From positions 4,307 through 68,306 of the forward strand of contig JAFZDY010000007.1 in the NCBI GenBank assembly GCA_017560945.1: a stretch of 64,000 nt of DNA, in the 5' to 3' direction. The position numbers and the translations under genes were made by a program. Below are positions 29,467 to 38,008 of this stretch, in pieces. This DNA is from Bacteroidaceae bacterium (lineage in GTDB: Bacteria > Bacteroidota > Bacteroidia > Bacteroidales > Bacteroidaceae). Below the pieces are notes generated by a model. It was not told the DNA's origin, ran no database searches, and was given only the letters and a program-made list of their open reading frames with translations. Within the stretch, counting starts at the first letter, position 1. The number at the start of each line of letters is the position of its first letter.

Positions 29467-29636
29467 CGCAGATTTTTTTATAATAAGATTGGTGAAGATG
29501 AAAAAAGTTTAAGTTTGCGTGTTATTTTTTTTCATTTCTCATTTAAATGACCTTTACACACCCCACCCATATCATAAATTAGGTTGAAAAAGTAGTGAAT
29601 ATTTCATGAAAATTCGAATATAAGCGCAAAAAGCAG

Positions 29637-29644
29637 TAACTTTG
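29637..29644 (+). promoter_or_regulatory. -7 box for gpmI
   Basis: TAACTTTG(CA) about 60 bp upstream of the ATG. Confidence 0.65.
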
Positions 29645-29702
29645 CACCGCATAAAAATGAATTGCAATAATTTAAAAGAATAAATAAGTTAAGAAAAAGA
29701 CT

Positions 29703-31217
29703 ATGGCAAAGAAGGCTCTTTTGATGATTCTCGACGGATGGGGAATCGGTAATCACGGTAAAGGTGACGTTATTTTCAACACTGCAACTCCCTACATGGA
29801 CTATTTGGCTGAGACATATCCCAACTCTCAGTTGCAAGCCAGTGGCGAGAACGTAGGTTTGCCCGATGGACAGATGGGTAACTCCGAGGTAGGACACCTC
29901 AACATCGGTGCAGGACGCATCGTGTACCAGGACTTGGTAAAGATTAACCGTGCATGTGCCGATGGCAGCATCATGCAGAACAAGGAGGTGGTAGCTGCCT
30001 ACTCCTATGCAAAGGAAAATGGCAAGAACATCCACTTGATGGGATTGACCTCTGACGGTGGTGTACACAGCTCATTGGTTCACCTCTACAAGTTGTGCGA
30101 CATTGCCAAGGAATATGGCATCGAGAACACCTACATCCACTGCTTCATGGATGGTCGCGACACCGACCCCAAGAGCGGTAAGGGCTTCATCGAGCAGTTG
30201 ACTGCACACTGCGCTCAGAGTGCCGGCCACATTGCCTCTATCGTAGGACGTTACTATGCTATGGACCGCGACAAGCGTTGGGAGCGTGTGAAGGTTGCTT
30301 ACGACCTGTTGGTAAATGGCGAAGGCAAGCAAGCTACCGACATGGTGAAGGCTATGGAAGAGAGCTATGCCGAGGGCGTGACCGACGAGTTCGTGAACCC
30401 CATCCACAATGCCAACGTAGATGGCACCATCAAGGAAGGCGATGTGGTTATCTTCTTCAACTATCGTAACGACCGCGCTAAGGAGTTGACCGTAGTGCTC
30501 ACCCAGCAGGATATGCCCGAGGCAGGTATGCACACCATCCCTGGCCTCCAGTACTACTGCATGACTCCCTACGACGCATCGTTCACAGGCGTACACATCC
30601 TCTTCGACAAGGAAAACGTACAGAACACCCTTGGCGAGTACTTGAGCGCACAGGGCAAGAGCCAGCTACACATTGCCGAGACAGAGAAATATGCACACGT
30701 AACCTTCTTCTTCAACGGTGGTCGCGAAACTCCCTACGAAGGCGAAGAGCGCATCCTCGTAGCTTCACCCAAGGTAGCTACCTACGACTTGAAGCCCGAG
30801 ATGAGCGCATTCGAGGTGAAGGACAAGTTGGTGGAGGCCATCCAGGCAGAGAAGTTCGACTTCATTGTTGTAAACTTTGCCAACGGTGACATGGTGGGTC
30901 ACACAGGCATCTACAGCGCCATCGAGACAGCTGTGAAGGCCGTTGACTCATGCGTGAAGGATGTAGTTGAGGCTGCCAAGGCTGCTGGTTACGAGACCAT
31001 CATCATTGCCGATCACGGAAATGCCGACAATGCTGTTAATGGCGACGATACCCCCAACACTGCACACTCATTGAACCCTGTTCCCTTCATCTACGTGACC
31101 GAGAACAAGGATGCCAAGGTTGACAACGGCGTATTGGCCGACGTGGCACCCTCTATCCTCCACATCATGGGATTGCCCCAGCCCGCTGAGATGAACGGAA
31201 ATTGCTTGATAAAGTAA
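29703..31217 (+). CDS. gpmI: 2,3-bisphosphoglycerate-independent phosphoglycerate mutase
   Basis: [69 protein letters not shown]. Confidence 0.98.
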   Translation: MAKKALLMILDGWGIGNHGKGDVIFNTATPYMDYLAETYPNSQLQASGENVGLPDGQMGNSEVGHLNIGAGRIVYQDLVKINRACADGSIMQNKEVVAAYSYAKENGKNIHLMGLTSDGGVHSSLVHLYKLCDIAKEYGIENTYIHCFMDGRDTDPKSGKGFIEQLTAHCAQSAGHIASIVGRYYAMDRDKRWERVKVAYDLLVNGEGKQATDMVKAMEESYAEGVTDEFVNPIHNANVDGTIKEGDVVIFFNYRNDRAKELTVVLTQQDMPEAGMHTIPGLQYYCMTPYDASFTGVHILFDKENVQNTLGEYLSAQGKSQLHIAETEKYAHVTFFFNGGRETPYEGEERILVASPKVATYDLKPEMSAFEVKDKLVEAIQAEKFDFIVVNFANGDMVGHTGIYSAIETAVKAVDSCVKDVVEAAKAAGYETIIIADHGNADNAVNGDDTPNTAHSLNPVPFIYVTENKDAKVDNGVLADVAPSILHIMGLPQPAEMNGNCLIK

Positions 31218-31235
31218 AATTCAAGTACCATTTAC

Positions 31236-31286
31236 GATGTACAATGTACAACTCTTCCCAGTTTGTACATTGTACATTTGTTTTTA
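31236..31286 (+). terminator. Terminator-like hairpin built from inverted TGTACAA heptamers
   Basis: gatgtacaatgtacaa...ttgtacattgtacatt then tgtttttt. Confidence 0.65.
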
Positions 31287-31376
31287 ATCTTACTATGTAA
31301 ATGGTTAAAACTTTTCAAATGGTAAATTGTACTTTTTTAAAAGGTATATTGTAATTGGTAAATTGTAAATGAAGTT

Positions 31377-31958
31377 ATGATTCAAATAGATGATGTAGTG
31401 GTAAGCCTCGACGTACTGAGGGAGAAATTCTTCTGTGACCTCTCTGCCTGTAAGGGCGAGTGTTGCATCGAGGGCGATGCCGGTGCACCGTTGGAGCTCG
31501 ACGAGGTAGCTGCTATAGAAGAGGTTCTCCCCGTCATTTGGGACGACCTTTCCCCCGAGGCACGTGCAGTGATAGACAAGCAGGGTGTGGCTTATACCGA
31601 CGAGGAGGGCGACCTTGTGACCTCCATCGTGAATGGCAAGGATTGTGTCTTCACCTGCTATGGCGAGGATGGTAGTTGCTATTGCGCCATCGAGAAGGCT
31701 TACAGGGCAGGCAAGTGCAGTTTCTACAAGCCCGTGTCGTGTCATCTCTATCCCATCCGCATAGGCGACTATGGCCCCTACAAGGCAGTGAACTACCATC
31801 GTTGGGATGTCTGCAAGGCAGCAGTGCTGCTGGGCAAGGCCAAGGATATGCCTGTCTATAAATTCCTTCGCGAACCCCTCATCCGTAAGTTTGGCGAAGA
31901 GTGGTACAAGGAACTTGAAATCGCCGTGGCAGAACTCAAGCAACAGAACTATATTTAA
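31377..31958 (+). CDS. DUF3109-family Cys-rich protein
   Basis: FFCDLSACKGECCIEGDAGAPL, DCVF, CAIEKAY, KPVSCHLYPIR, LIRKFGEEWY. Confidence 0.9.
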   Translation: MIQIDDVVVSLDVLREKFFCDLSACKGECCIEGDAGAPLELDEVAAIEEVLPVIWDDLSPEARAVIDKQGVAYTDEEGDLVTSIVNGKDCVFTCYGEDGSCYCAIEKAYRAGKCSFYKPVSCHLYPIRIGDYGPYKAVNYHRWDVCKAAVLLGKAKDMPVYKFLREPLIRKFGEEWYKELEIAVAELKQQNYI

Positions 31959-31982
31959 GGGAGATCCTATAAATGATTAAAT

Positions 31983-32026
31983 AAAGGTACGTCTTTTTAA
32001 TACACACAAAGGACGTACCTTTTTTT
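31983..32026. terminator. Intrinsic terminator between convergent genes
   Basis: aaaggtacgtcttt...aaaggacgtacc followed by a T-run. Confidence 0.75.
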
Positions 32027-32066
32027 ATAATTGGAAGGTTTGGCTTCTTTTTTAGACGAGAATCCT

Positions 32067-32563
32067 TTATTGGATAGTAGGTGATTTATAATTTAAAGTG
32101 GTTTCGTAAGAGCCTTCTTCGATGTCTCTAATCGTCAAAGTAGTATCAGTTAATTCTAAAATTTCTTCACACGTAACCTCTGTATGACCGTCTTCAAATA
32201 CATCTTTAAGGATAATATATTTTCCGTTGTTTATCTTTCCAATCTTTGAGTCGTCGAAAACATTGACAATGCTATCGGATAAATAGAATTTTGATACTTC
32301 TGTAGTATCCCATCCCTTAGAGATAACATGAACACTTGCCTCCGTTGTGGAATAACTAAACTCTACTCTTACGTCTTCTTCATCATCATCACCATCAAAA
32401 TATAGGAAATCCCATACTTTGTTTGTCAACTTGGTTAATGTCGATTCTAAGACTTCTTCCTCTTGTGCAGAGTGTGGATTTTCAGTAATACAAATTTCTG
32501 CCCTACAGGGAAAAAATATTTGCCCTACGGAGAAAAAAATAGTAAAAGCAATGCCTTCTTCAT
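32067..32563 (-). pseudogene. Exported protein (lipocalin-like C-terminus) with a 1-nt frameshift in a T7 run of the signal-peptide region
   Basis: ATG at 32563 reads MKKALLLLFFSP*; one extra T at 32533-32539 gives MKKALLLLFFFSVGQIFFPCRAE...LTNKVWDF, joining the 32067..32429 ORF; signal region is homologous to that of the neighbouring TonB gene. Confidence 0.75.
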
Positions 32564-32573
32564 ACCTTCTCCT

Positions 32574-33032
32574 TTATCTTCTTTTGTTTCCTTCGCTCAA
32601 TCTGAAATTGATGGGCATTGTAAATTTGACGCGTACGGGTTCTCCCTTCTCTTCGCCAGGTTTCCATCTGGGCATACTCTCGATTAGTCGGATGGCCTCG
32701 TCGTCGAGGAGATGATGCAAACTCTGAACAATCACAGGCTCAACGGCTTTTCCACTCTTATTTACTACAAATTGTACAATTACGCGGCCTTGTATTCCCA
32801 TCTCTCGCGCCTCTGCGGGATATTGAATGCTTTTCATTACCCAATCCAACAACCTCTGTTTGCCACCAGGGAACTCGGGCATCTTTTCTACCGCTTGGTA
32901 TACTTTGTCAGTTTCTGGTTCGTCCTTTGCCTCCACATAAGAGGTGTCGCTTTTCAGAATACTCTTGTTTGTTCCACAGGAAATAAATTGCCCTACGGAC
33001 AAGATAAATAGTAAAAACAATGCTTTTTTCAT
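32574..33032 (-). CDS. TonB C-terminal domain lipoprotein
   Basis: FISC lipobox; VEKMPEFPGG, IQYPAEAREMGIQGRVIVQFVV, MPRWKPG..GEPVRVKFTMPINFRL. Confidence 0.9.
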   Translation of the reverse strand: MKKALFLLFILSVGQFISCGTNKSILKSDTSYVEAKDEPETDKVYQAVEKMPEFPGGKQRLLDWVMKSIQYPAEAREMGIQGRVIVQFVVNKSGKAVEPVIVQSLHHLLDDEAIRLIESMPRWKPGEEKGEPVRVKFTMPINFRLSEGNKRR

Positions 33033-33090
33033 ACGATATTTAATTTAGTCATTTATTAGGGTTCAGTGCCTAAATGGACTTAGAACGATG

Positions 33091-33098
33091 CAAAGGTA
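33091..33098 (-). promoter_or_regulatory. -7 box for the TonB-domain gene
   Basis: TACCTTTG(CA) on the minus strand, about 60 bp upstream of the ATG. Confidence 0.6.
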
Positions 33099-33383
33099 TG
33101 AAAAGAATTTTAGGTTGTCAATACCTTTTTTGCAATAGAGAAGAGAAGGACAGCCTTTCGTTCTTTAGGAAGTGGGGTGAGGACATGGTGCAAATAGTTG
33201 TATATAAGAGAGGTTGATGACTTTTCCAGACAGAGCAAGGTGGCGAATATAAATGAGACTTTTGGGTCGTTTTTGCCCGATTTATTTTGAATTATATGGT
33301 GAAAACGAGGGCGGTTTCTTCTCTCATTTTTGTGGGATTGAAGAATTATGAGTTACTTTGTAGCAATGAAACTTCTATGTGAA

Positions 33384-35219
33384 ATGAATCGATTGATAAA
33401 AACCTGTCTCTTTATATTGGGACTACTGGTGGTGCTGATGGGGTGTAGTCGCGATGCAGAGCGGTGCTTGCGCATGGCAGAGGAGTGTATGGAGTCAGAG
33501 CCGGGCAAAGCATACAAGTGTCTGTCAGAAATGGAGGATGTGGACAACTTGTCGGCAGAGCAACGGGCGAGGTATGCATTCTTGTGTACACAAGCCATGC
33601 ATAAATGTCACATTCCTTTTACAAACGATTCGCTCATCAACGTAGCGGTGAAATATTTTACCAGACATAACAAGAATCACTATGCGGCAAAGGCTCTTCT
33701 CTACAAGGGTGTGGTGCACATGCAATATGGAATCAGAAATTTGGATAAGGCGGAAAAAGCTTTTGCTCAAAGCGAAAAATGGTTCAAGGGGATAGAGGAC
33801 AATCAATACAAGGCAATGTTGTACGACCAATATGCCACATTGTTGAGTTATCGAGGCCGATACCGAGATGCATTGCCTTATTTTAAGAATGCATATTTCT
33901 TCTATTCCAAACTTGATTCATTCTCTGAGATGTTTACCGCATGTAGAGAGATTGCAAATATCTATGTACACTTGCACGATATGGAAAATGCGAAGGTGTA
34001 TTATGAAAAAGGACTTCAGTATAAGGATAAGGTCTCTTCATTGTTATACTATTTCTATTTGAAAGACTATGCCGATTACTTCAGTGAAAGCAAAGAGTAC
34101 GAGAAGGCCGAACAGATGTTGCTGGAGTGTGCACAAAATATCAAAACCAAGGCTGTTTATGGGGTTTATCTCAAGTTGGCCTACCTCTATTTGGACAAGG
34201 AGGAATATGATAAGATGATGGTATATACCGATAAAATACTTAGGAGTAATGATAGTTATTGGATGTATTGTTGTTATCGACTTTTATATCTTATGTGCCA
34301 TCAACAAGGACTTTATGATGACGCCAATCGCTACTACGAGTTGTATCGTCAAAATGTTGAAAAAAGAGCCATTGAGGAATTAGATAATTGGGATATTAAG
34401 ATTCCTTTGAAGCAGAAGAATACGTTACTTATAGAAGAGAATCGGGTCTTGTCAGGGTGGAAACTATGGCTGACCATAGGTGTAGTGACGATTGTGGTGG
34501 CTTCGGGTGTCATATTTTTATTCGTAAAACGCAGACATCTCCGATACCTGTTGGAGAAAGATCAAGAGTTGACGGATGCATCCTCCAATATATGGAAGTT
34601 GAAAGGGGCAATGACCAATCAAACTCATGTGGTTGAACGGTTGAAGAAGGCTATGGGCGACATAAAGAAAGAGCATCGCGATGAAATCTGCCGTATGAAG
34701 GAGGGTATGAAGCATTTGGAAGCAGACATCAAAGAACTGAAGAACAAAGAACGTGAGAACGATGCAGAAAAAGAGGAACTGAAGCGACAATTGACCGAGT
34801 TGGAAAAACAATTGAAGCGAAAGACGGACAACTTGAAACTGGCAGAAGAACAAAGAAAGATTGACTTGCGGATAGATTACTTTGTGATGCATGGGCGCGA
34901 TGCTGTAGCGGTGGATATGTTGCTTCAGTTGAGATATGGTGACGAGGTGCAGGCAAAGTACGACATACGCCCATCGGAATATTTGCCCATGTTGCAAGGA
35001 TTGTTGGAGGCAGAGAATCCTACCTTGCACCATCAACTCGAGTGTTGTGGACTTAATAGGAACAAACTCACCATGTGCTACCTGATAGCTCTCGGTTTGG
35101 ACGACATCGACATGATGTCGCGTGCTGCTTGCTTGGCTCCAAACTCTGTGAAAGCCTATCGCAAGGAGTGTAGGGAAGTGGTTTCAAGTTACTTACTACT
35201 GGTGATTAGTGACGAGTAG
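33384..35219 (+). CDS. TPR-repeat membrane-spanning putative regulator (lipobox, TPRs, TM, coiled coil, C-terminal HTH-like region)
   Basis: LMGC, NDSLINVAVKYF..AKALLYKG typical of this Bacteroidales family; TM WLTIGVVTIVVASGVIFLFV; LTMCYLIALG..LAPNSVKAYRK; alternative starts at 33348 and 33366. Confidence 0.75.
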   Translation: MNRLIKTCLFILGLLVVLMGCSRDAERCLRMAEECMESEPGKAYKCLSEMEDVDNLSAEQRARYAFLCTQAMHKCHIPFTNDSLINVAVKYFTRHNKNHYAAKALLYKGVVHMQYGIRNLDKAEKAFAQSEKWFKGIEDNQYKAMLYDQYATLLSYRGRYRDALPYFKNAYFFYSKLDSFSEMFTACREIANIYVHLHDMENAKVYYEKGLQYKDKVSSLLYYFYLKDYADYFSESKEYEKAEQMLLECAQNIKTKAVYGVYLKLAYLYLDKEEYDKMMVYTDKILRSNDSYWMYCCYRLLYLMCHQQGLYDDANRYYELYRQNVEKRAIEELDNWDIKIPLKQKNTLLIEENRVLSGWKLWLTIGVVTIVVASGVIFLFVKRRHLRYLLEKDQELTDASSNIWKLKGAMTNQTHVVERLKKAMGDIKKEHRDEICRMKEGMKHLEADIKELKNKERENDAEKEELKRQLTELEKQLKRKTDNLKLAEEQRKIDLRIDYFVMHGRDAVAVDMLLQLRYGDEVQAKYDIRPSEYLPMLQGLLEAENPTLHHQLECCGLNRNKLTMCYLIALGLDDIDMMSRAACLAPNSVKAYRKECREVVSSYLLLVISDE

Positions 35220-35252
35220 CCCCATTCTAACCTTCCTCCCTATGGGAAGGAG
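35220..35252 (+). repeat. REP-like C/G-rich hairpin, copy 1
   Basis: ccccattctaaccttcctccctatgggaaggag resembles the reverse complement of 37120-37151. Confidence 0.55.
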
Positions 35253-35269
35253 CAGAATGCCTTCCTCCC

Positions 35270-35343
35270 TTGAATTTTGAATCTTGGCTTGCGTAGCTTG
35301 ATGAGAGCTTCGCTCGAATAATATTGAATTTTTTGATTCTTGA
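35270..35343 (+). repeat. Dispersed TTGATGA-hairpin-GAA element, copy B
   Basis: ttgcgtagcTTGATGA gagc ttc gctc GAAtaatattgaatt, flanked by TTGAATT heptamers. Confidence 0.7.
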
Positions 35344-35350
35344 TGAAATC

Positions 35351-35440
35351 TCTGCCAAAGTACCTTGGCAGACGTCTGCCTCCATGGAGGCAGTGTACTG
35401 CCGATGCAGAGGCAGCGAACTGACATCACCGAGGCAGTGA
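35351..35440. repeat. 22-bp-period array of CTGCC...GGCAG palindromic units (4 units)
   Basis: GGCAG at 35367, 35389, 35411, 35433; CTGCC/CTGAC at 35352, 35376, 35398, 35420. Confidence 0.8.
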
Positions 35441-35550
35441 CATACAGATACGATATGAACGGACAAAGAACCGAATAGTTACTACCTACCTTTGTATGAA
35501 TAAGGTGTAAAAAGATTATCGAATAGATTCCTGTTGCTGATTTTCAGATG

Positions 35551-35706
35551 TTTAAGTCGGCTGAAATATCTCTTAAGAGTTAGTTCGGTATCTCTTAAGC
35601 ATTTCCAAATTATCTCTTTAGCGTTGGCAACTTTTCTCTTAAGCGTTATTTCGTTACGCTTAAGAGACGTTTAGCCATGCTTAAGGGCTGTCCAGTTGGA
35701 CTTAAA
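35551..35706. repeat. 21/22-bp-period array with CTTAAG core (8 units)
   Basis: Cores at 35551, 35572, 35594, 35616, 35638, 35659, 35680, 35701 (three have one mismatch). Confidence 0.85.
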
Positions 35707-35800
35707 TGTGAATGGTTTACGAGGCTCTATTTCTCCCCATTGGATGAGAACTTCTCCCCATCAAAGTATGGCCTTTATTATATAGAACTCACGTAAAAAC

Positions 35801-35859
35801 AAGAAACGGATGTTAGAGGTTGAAGATTGTTATCTTTTCGCCTTTAACATCCGTATCTT
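35801..35859 (-). terminator. Terminator-like hairpin after aroC
   Basis: aagaaacggatgttagagg...cctttaacatccgtatctt; T-rich on the minus side. Confidence 0.6.
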
Positions 35860-35889
35860 TTAAATGTATGTTCGCTCGTCACTATACTG

Positions 35890-36972
35890 TCAATCTACCA
35901 ATCTTGTAGTCTTGTTGAGCAGATAGTGGTCGAGAATGGTCATGGCTGCCATAGCTTCGACAATGGGCACTGCTCGGGGGAGTACACATGGGTCGTGACG
36001 GCCACGTGCCTTCACAAGGGTGTCGTTGCCCTGAAGGTCCACGGTGGGTTGCTCCATCAATAATGTGGCTACGGGCTTGAAGGCTACGCGGAAATAGATG
36101 TCTTGTCCGTTGCTGATGCCTCCCTGTATGCCACCAGAGTGGTTGGTGCGGGTGTCGATGCGGCCGTTGTGATTGTAGAAGATGTCGTTCTGCTCGGAGC
36201 CGCGGGCTGTCACACCTGCGAAGCCTTCGCCGTACTCGAATCCTTTGACGGCATTGATGCTGAGCATGGCTCCTCCCAAAGCAGCGTGCAACTTGTCAAA
36301 GGCGGGTTGGCCAAGGCCTATGGGACAACCCTGGATGACGCAAGTGATGATGCCACCGATGGTGTCGCCTTGCGCCTTGACTTCGGCAATAAGGGCCTCC
36401 ATGGCTGTTGCCTTTGTCGCATCGGGGCAACGGACAGCATTGGTCTCGGTGAGGGAGAGTTCGTACTGGTGGTAGTCGTTCTCCAAAGCGATGTGTCCCA
36501 CTTGCGAGGTGTAGGCTTGTATGCTGATGCCCAACTCACGAAGGGCGAGTTTGGCCAATGCTCCACCTACACAGCGTGCAATGGTCTCGCGCGCTGACGA
36601 ACGTCCGCCACCACGATGGTCACGCAGGCCATACTTCTGAGTATAGGTATAGTCAGCATGCGAGGGACGGTAGAGGTGGCGCAGGTTATCGTAGTCGCTC
36701 GAGTGCTGGTTGGTATTGCGCACGAGGAAGCCTATGGGGCATCCAGTGCTCATGCCTTCGAACACACCTGAGAGAAACTCTACCTGGTCGGCCTCCTTGC
36801 GGTCGGTGGTGATTTTGGATTGACCAGGTTTGCGTCGGTCAAGTTCGGATTGGATGAAATCCATATCCAAACGTATGCCAGCGGGAAATCCGTCGATGAC
36901 GCCTCCTATGCCTGCACCGTGTGACTCTCCAAAAGTGGTGAGGCGGAAGATATTTCCAAATGTATTGAACAT
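35890..36972 (-). CDS. aroC: Chorismate synthase
   Basis: [57 protein letters not shown]. Confidence 0.98.
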   Translation of the reverse strand: MFNTFGNIFRLTTFGESHGAGIGGVIDGFPAGIRLDMDFIQSELDRRKPGQSKITTDRKEADQVEFLSGVFEGMSTGCPIGFLVRNTNQHSSDYDNLRHLYRPSHADYTYTQKYGLRDHRGGGRSSARETIARCVGGALAKLALRELGISIQAYTSQVGHIALENDYHQYELSLTETNAVRCPDATKATAMEALIAEVKAQGDTIGGIITCVIQGCPIGLGQPAFDKLHAALGGAMLSINAVKGFEYGEGFAGVTARGSEQNDIFYNHNGRIDTRTNHSGGIQGGISNGQDIYFRVAFKPVATLLMEQPTVDLQGNDTLVKARGRHDPCVLPRAVPIVEAMAAMTILDHYLLNKTTRLVD

Positions 36973-37027
36973 TTACAAAATTACAATTTACAATTTACAA
37001 CTACAGGTACAATTTACCAATTACAAA
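36971..37027. repeat. TTTACAA heptamer tandem repeats upstream of aroC
   Basis: tttacaa aattacaa tttacaa tttacaa ctacagg tacaa tttaccaa ttacaaa. Confidence 0.75.
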
Positions 37028-37119
37028 GGACAATATCCTTTGCTTGCATGATTTCTCATCCGCAGATGACGCAAATGACGTGGTTTTATTTTTATTGCCA
37101 TCATTGTCAAAAGTATTCA

Positions 37120-37151
37120 CTCCTTCCCCATGGGGAAGGTAAGGGATGGGG
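37120..37151 (-). repeat. REP-like C/G-rich hairpin, copy 2
   Basis: Minus strand ccccatcccttaccttccccatggggaaggag. Confidence 0.55.
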
Positions 37152-37241
37152 TCCGTTTCCTCCCTCCCCCTCCATAGAGGGTGATTGCGAGTTGGCACAG
37201 CAATCGGGAAGCCTTAGCAACGGAGGTCTGGCAGGGGGCTA

Positions 37242-37826
37242 TCAATGGCAATGTCCGCCACAACCACCGCATCCGCCATCGTGGTCGCCACAATCTCCAC
37301 CGCAACTATCGCATCCGCATCCGCATCCGTCGCTGGTGAGCATGTTGATCATACCTTGAATCTCCTCGTTGGTAGCGGGACGATTCTCCACAACTTCGCC
37401 GATGAAGGTGAGGTCCTTGCCAGCCAAGCGGTCGTTGAGGTCGATGATAACCTCCTTATCCTTCACCTCCAATACGAGGCCTTGGAAATGGTTGCCGTCC
37501 TCGTTTACCAAGGGCACGAATGCACCTGGGTAGATGTATTCTGACTGGAACTTGCCATCGCGGCAGAATACCTGTTTGTCGAGTGTAACGACACGCTCTT
37601 GCTCGTATTCGCCATAGGCTTCAGCGCAGGGAATGGTGAAGTTGAAAGGGGCGCCTGCAGAGAGGTCCTGAACTTGTGCCTCGAAAGCATCGAGTGAAAT
37701 GCCCATACCTGAGATGAACTGGTAGGGGTGTTCCTTGGTGGCTTCTTCGACCAATTCTTGCTTACCTTCGTGCATCACATACAATTTGTATGCTACAGTA
37801 ATGTATTTGTTAGGTGTAATTTCCAT
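37242..37826 (-). CDS. slyD: SlyD-type FKBP peptidyl-prolyl isomerase with Cys/Gly-rich tail (start moved to MEITPNKY)
   Basis: ITVAYKL, AYGEY, LAGKDLTF.GEVVENRPATNEEI, GCGCGCDSCGGDCG..CGGCGGHCH. Confidence 0.9.
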   Translation of the reverse strand: MEITPNKYITVAYKLYVMHEGKQELVEEATKEHPYQFISGMGISLDAFEAQVQDLSAGAPFNFTIPCAEAYGEYEQERVVTLDKQVFCRDGKFQSEYIYPGAFVPLVNEDGNHFQGLVLEVKDKEVIIDLNDRLAGKDLTFIGEVVENRPATNEEIQGMINMLTSDGCGCGCDSCGGDCGDHDGGCGGCGGHCH

Positions 37827-37926
37827 ACTTATATTATATTTAAATGGTGATTCAAAAAAAATAGTTGGTTGGGGTGGCAGTGCCTCTCTCTCTTCCTTGT
37901 CGGTGAGGTTATCTGCCCTGTGTGGT

Positions 37927-37962
37927 AAAAAAAGAGGGCGCATCTACAAAAGACACACCCTC
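37927..37962 (-). terminator. Intrinsic terminator of ppiD
   Basis: GAGGGTGTGTCT-TTTGT-AGATGCGCCCTC-TTTTTTT on the minus strand. Confidence 0.8.
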
Positions 37963-38008
37963 ATTTTTTTTATAATTAGTTGAAATGATGTCTGTCCCTA
38001 AAACAGCA

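Noticed and set aside
32067-33032. Stop-codon read-through fusion of TonB with the downstream ORF (same frame, single TAA)
   Set aside because: A separate ATG with a homologous signal peptide and a 1-nt deletion explains the frame more simply
35290-35330. Canonical hammerhead ribozyme
   Set aside because: UUGAUGA instead of CUGAUGA, GAAC/GAAU instead of GAAA, and stems I and III could not be formed; kept only as an unexplained motif
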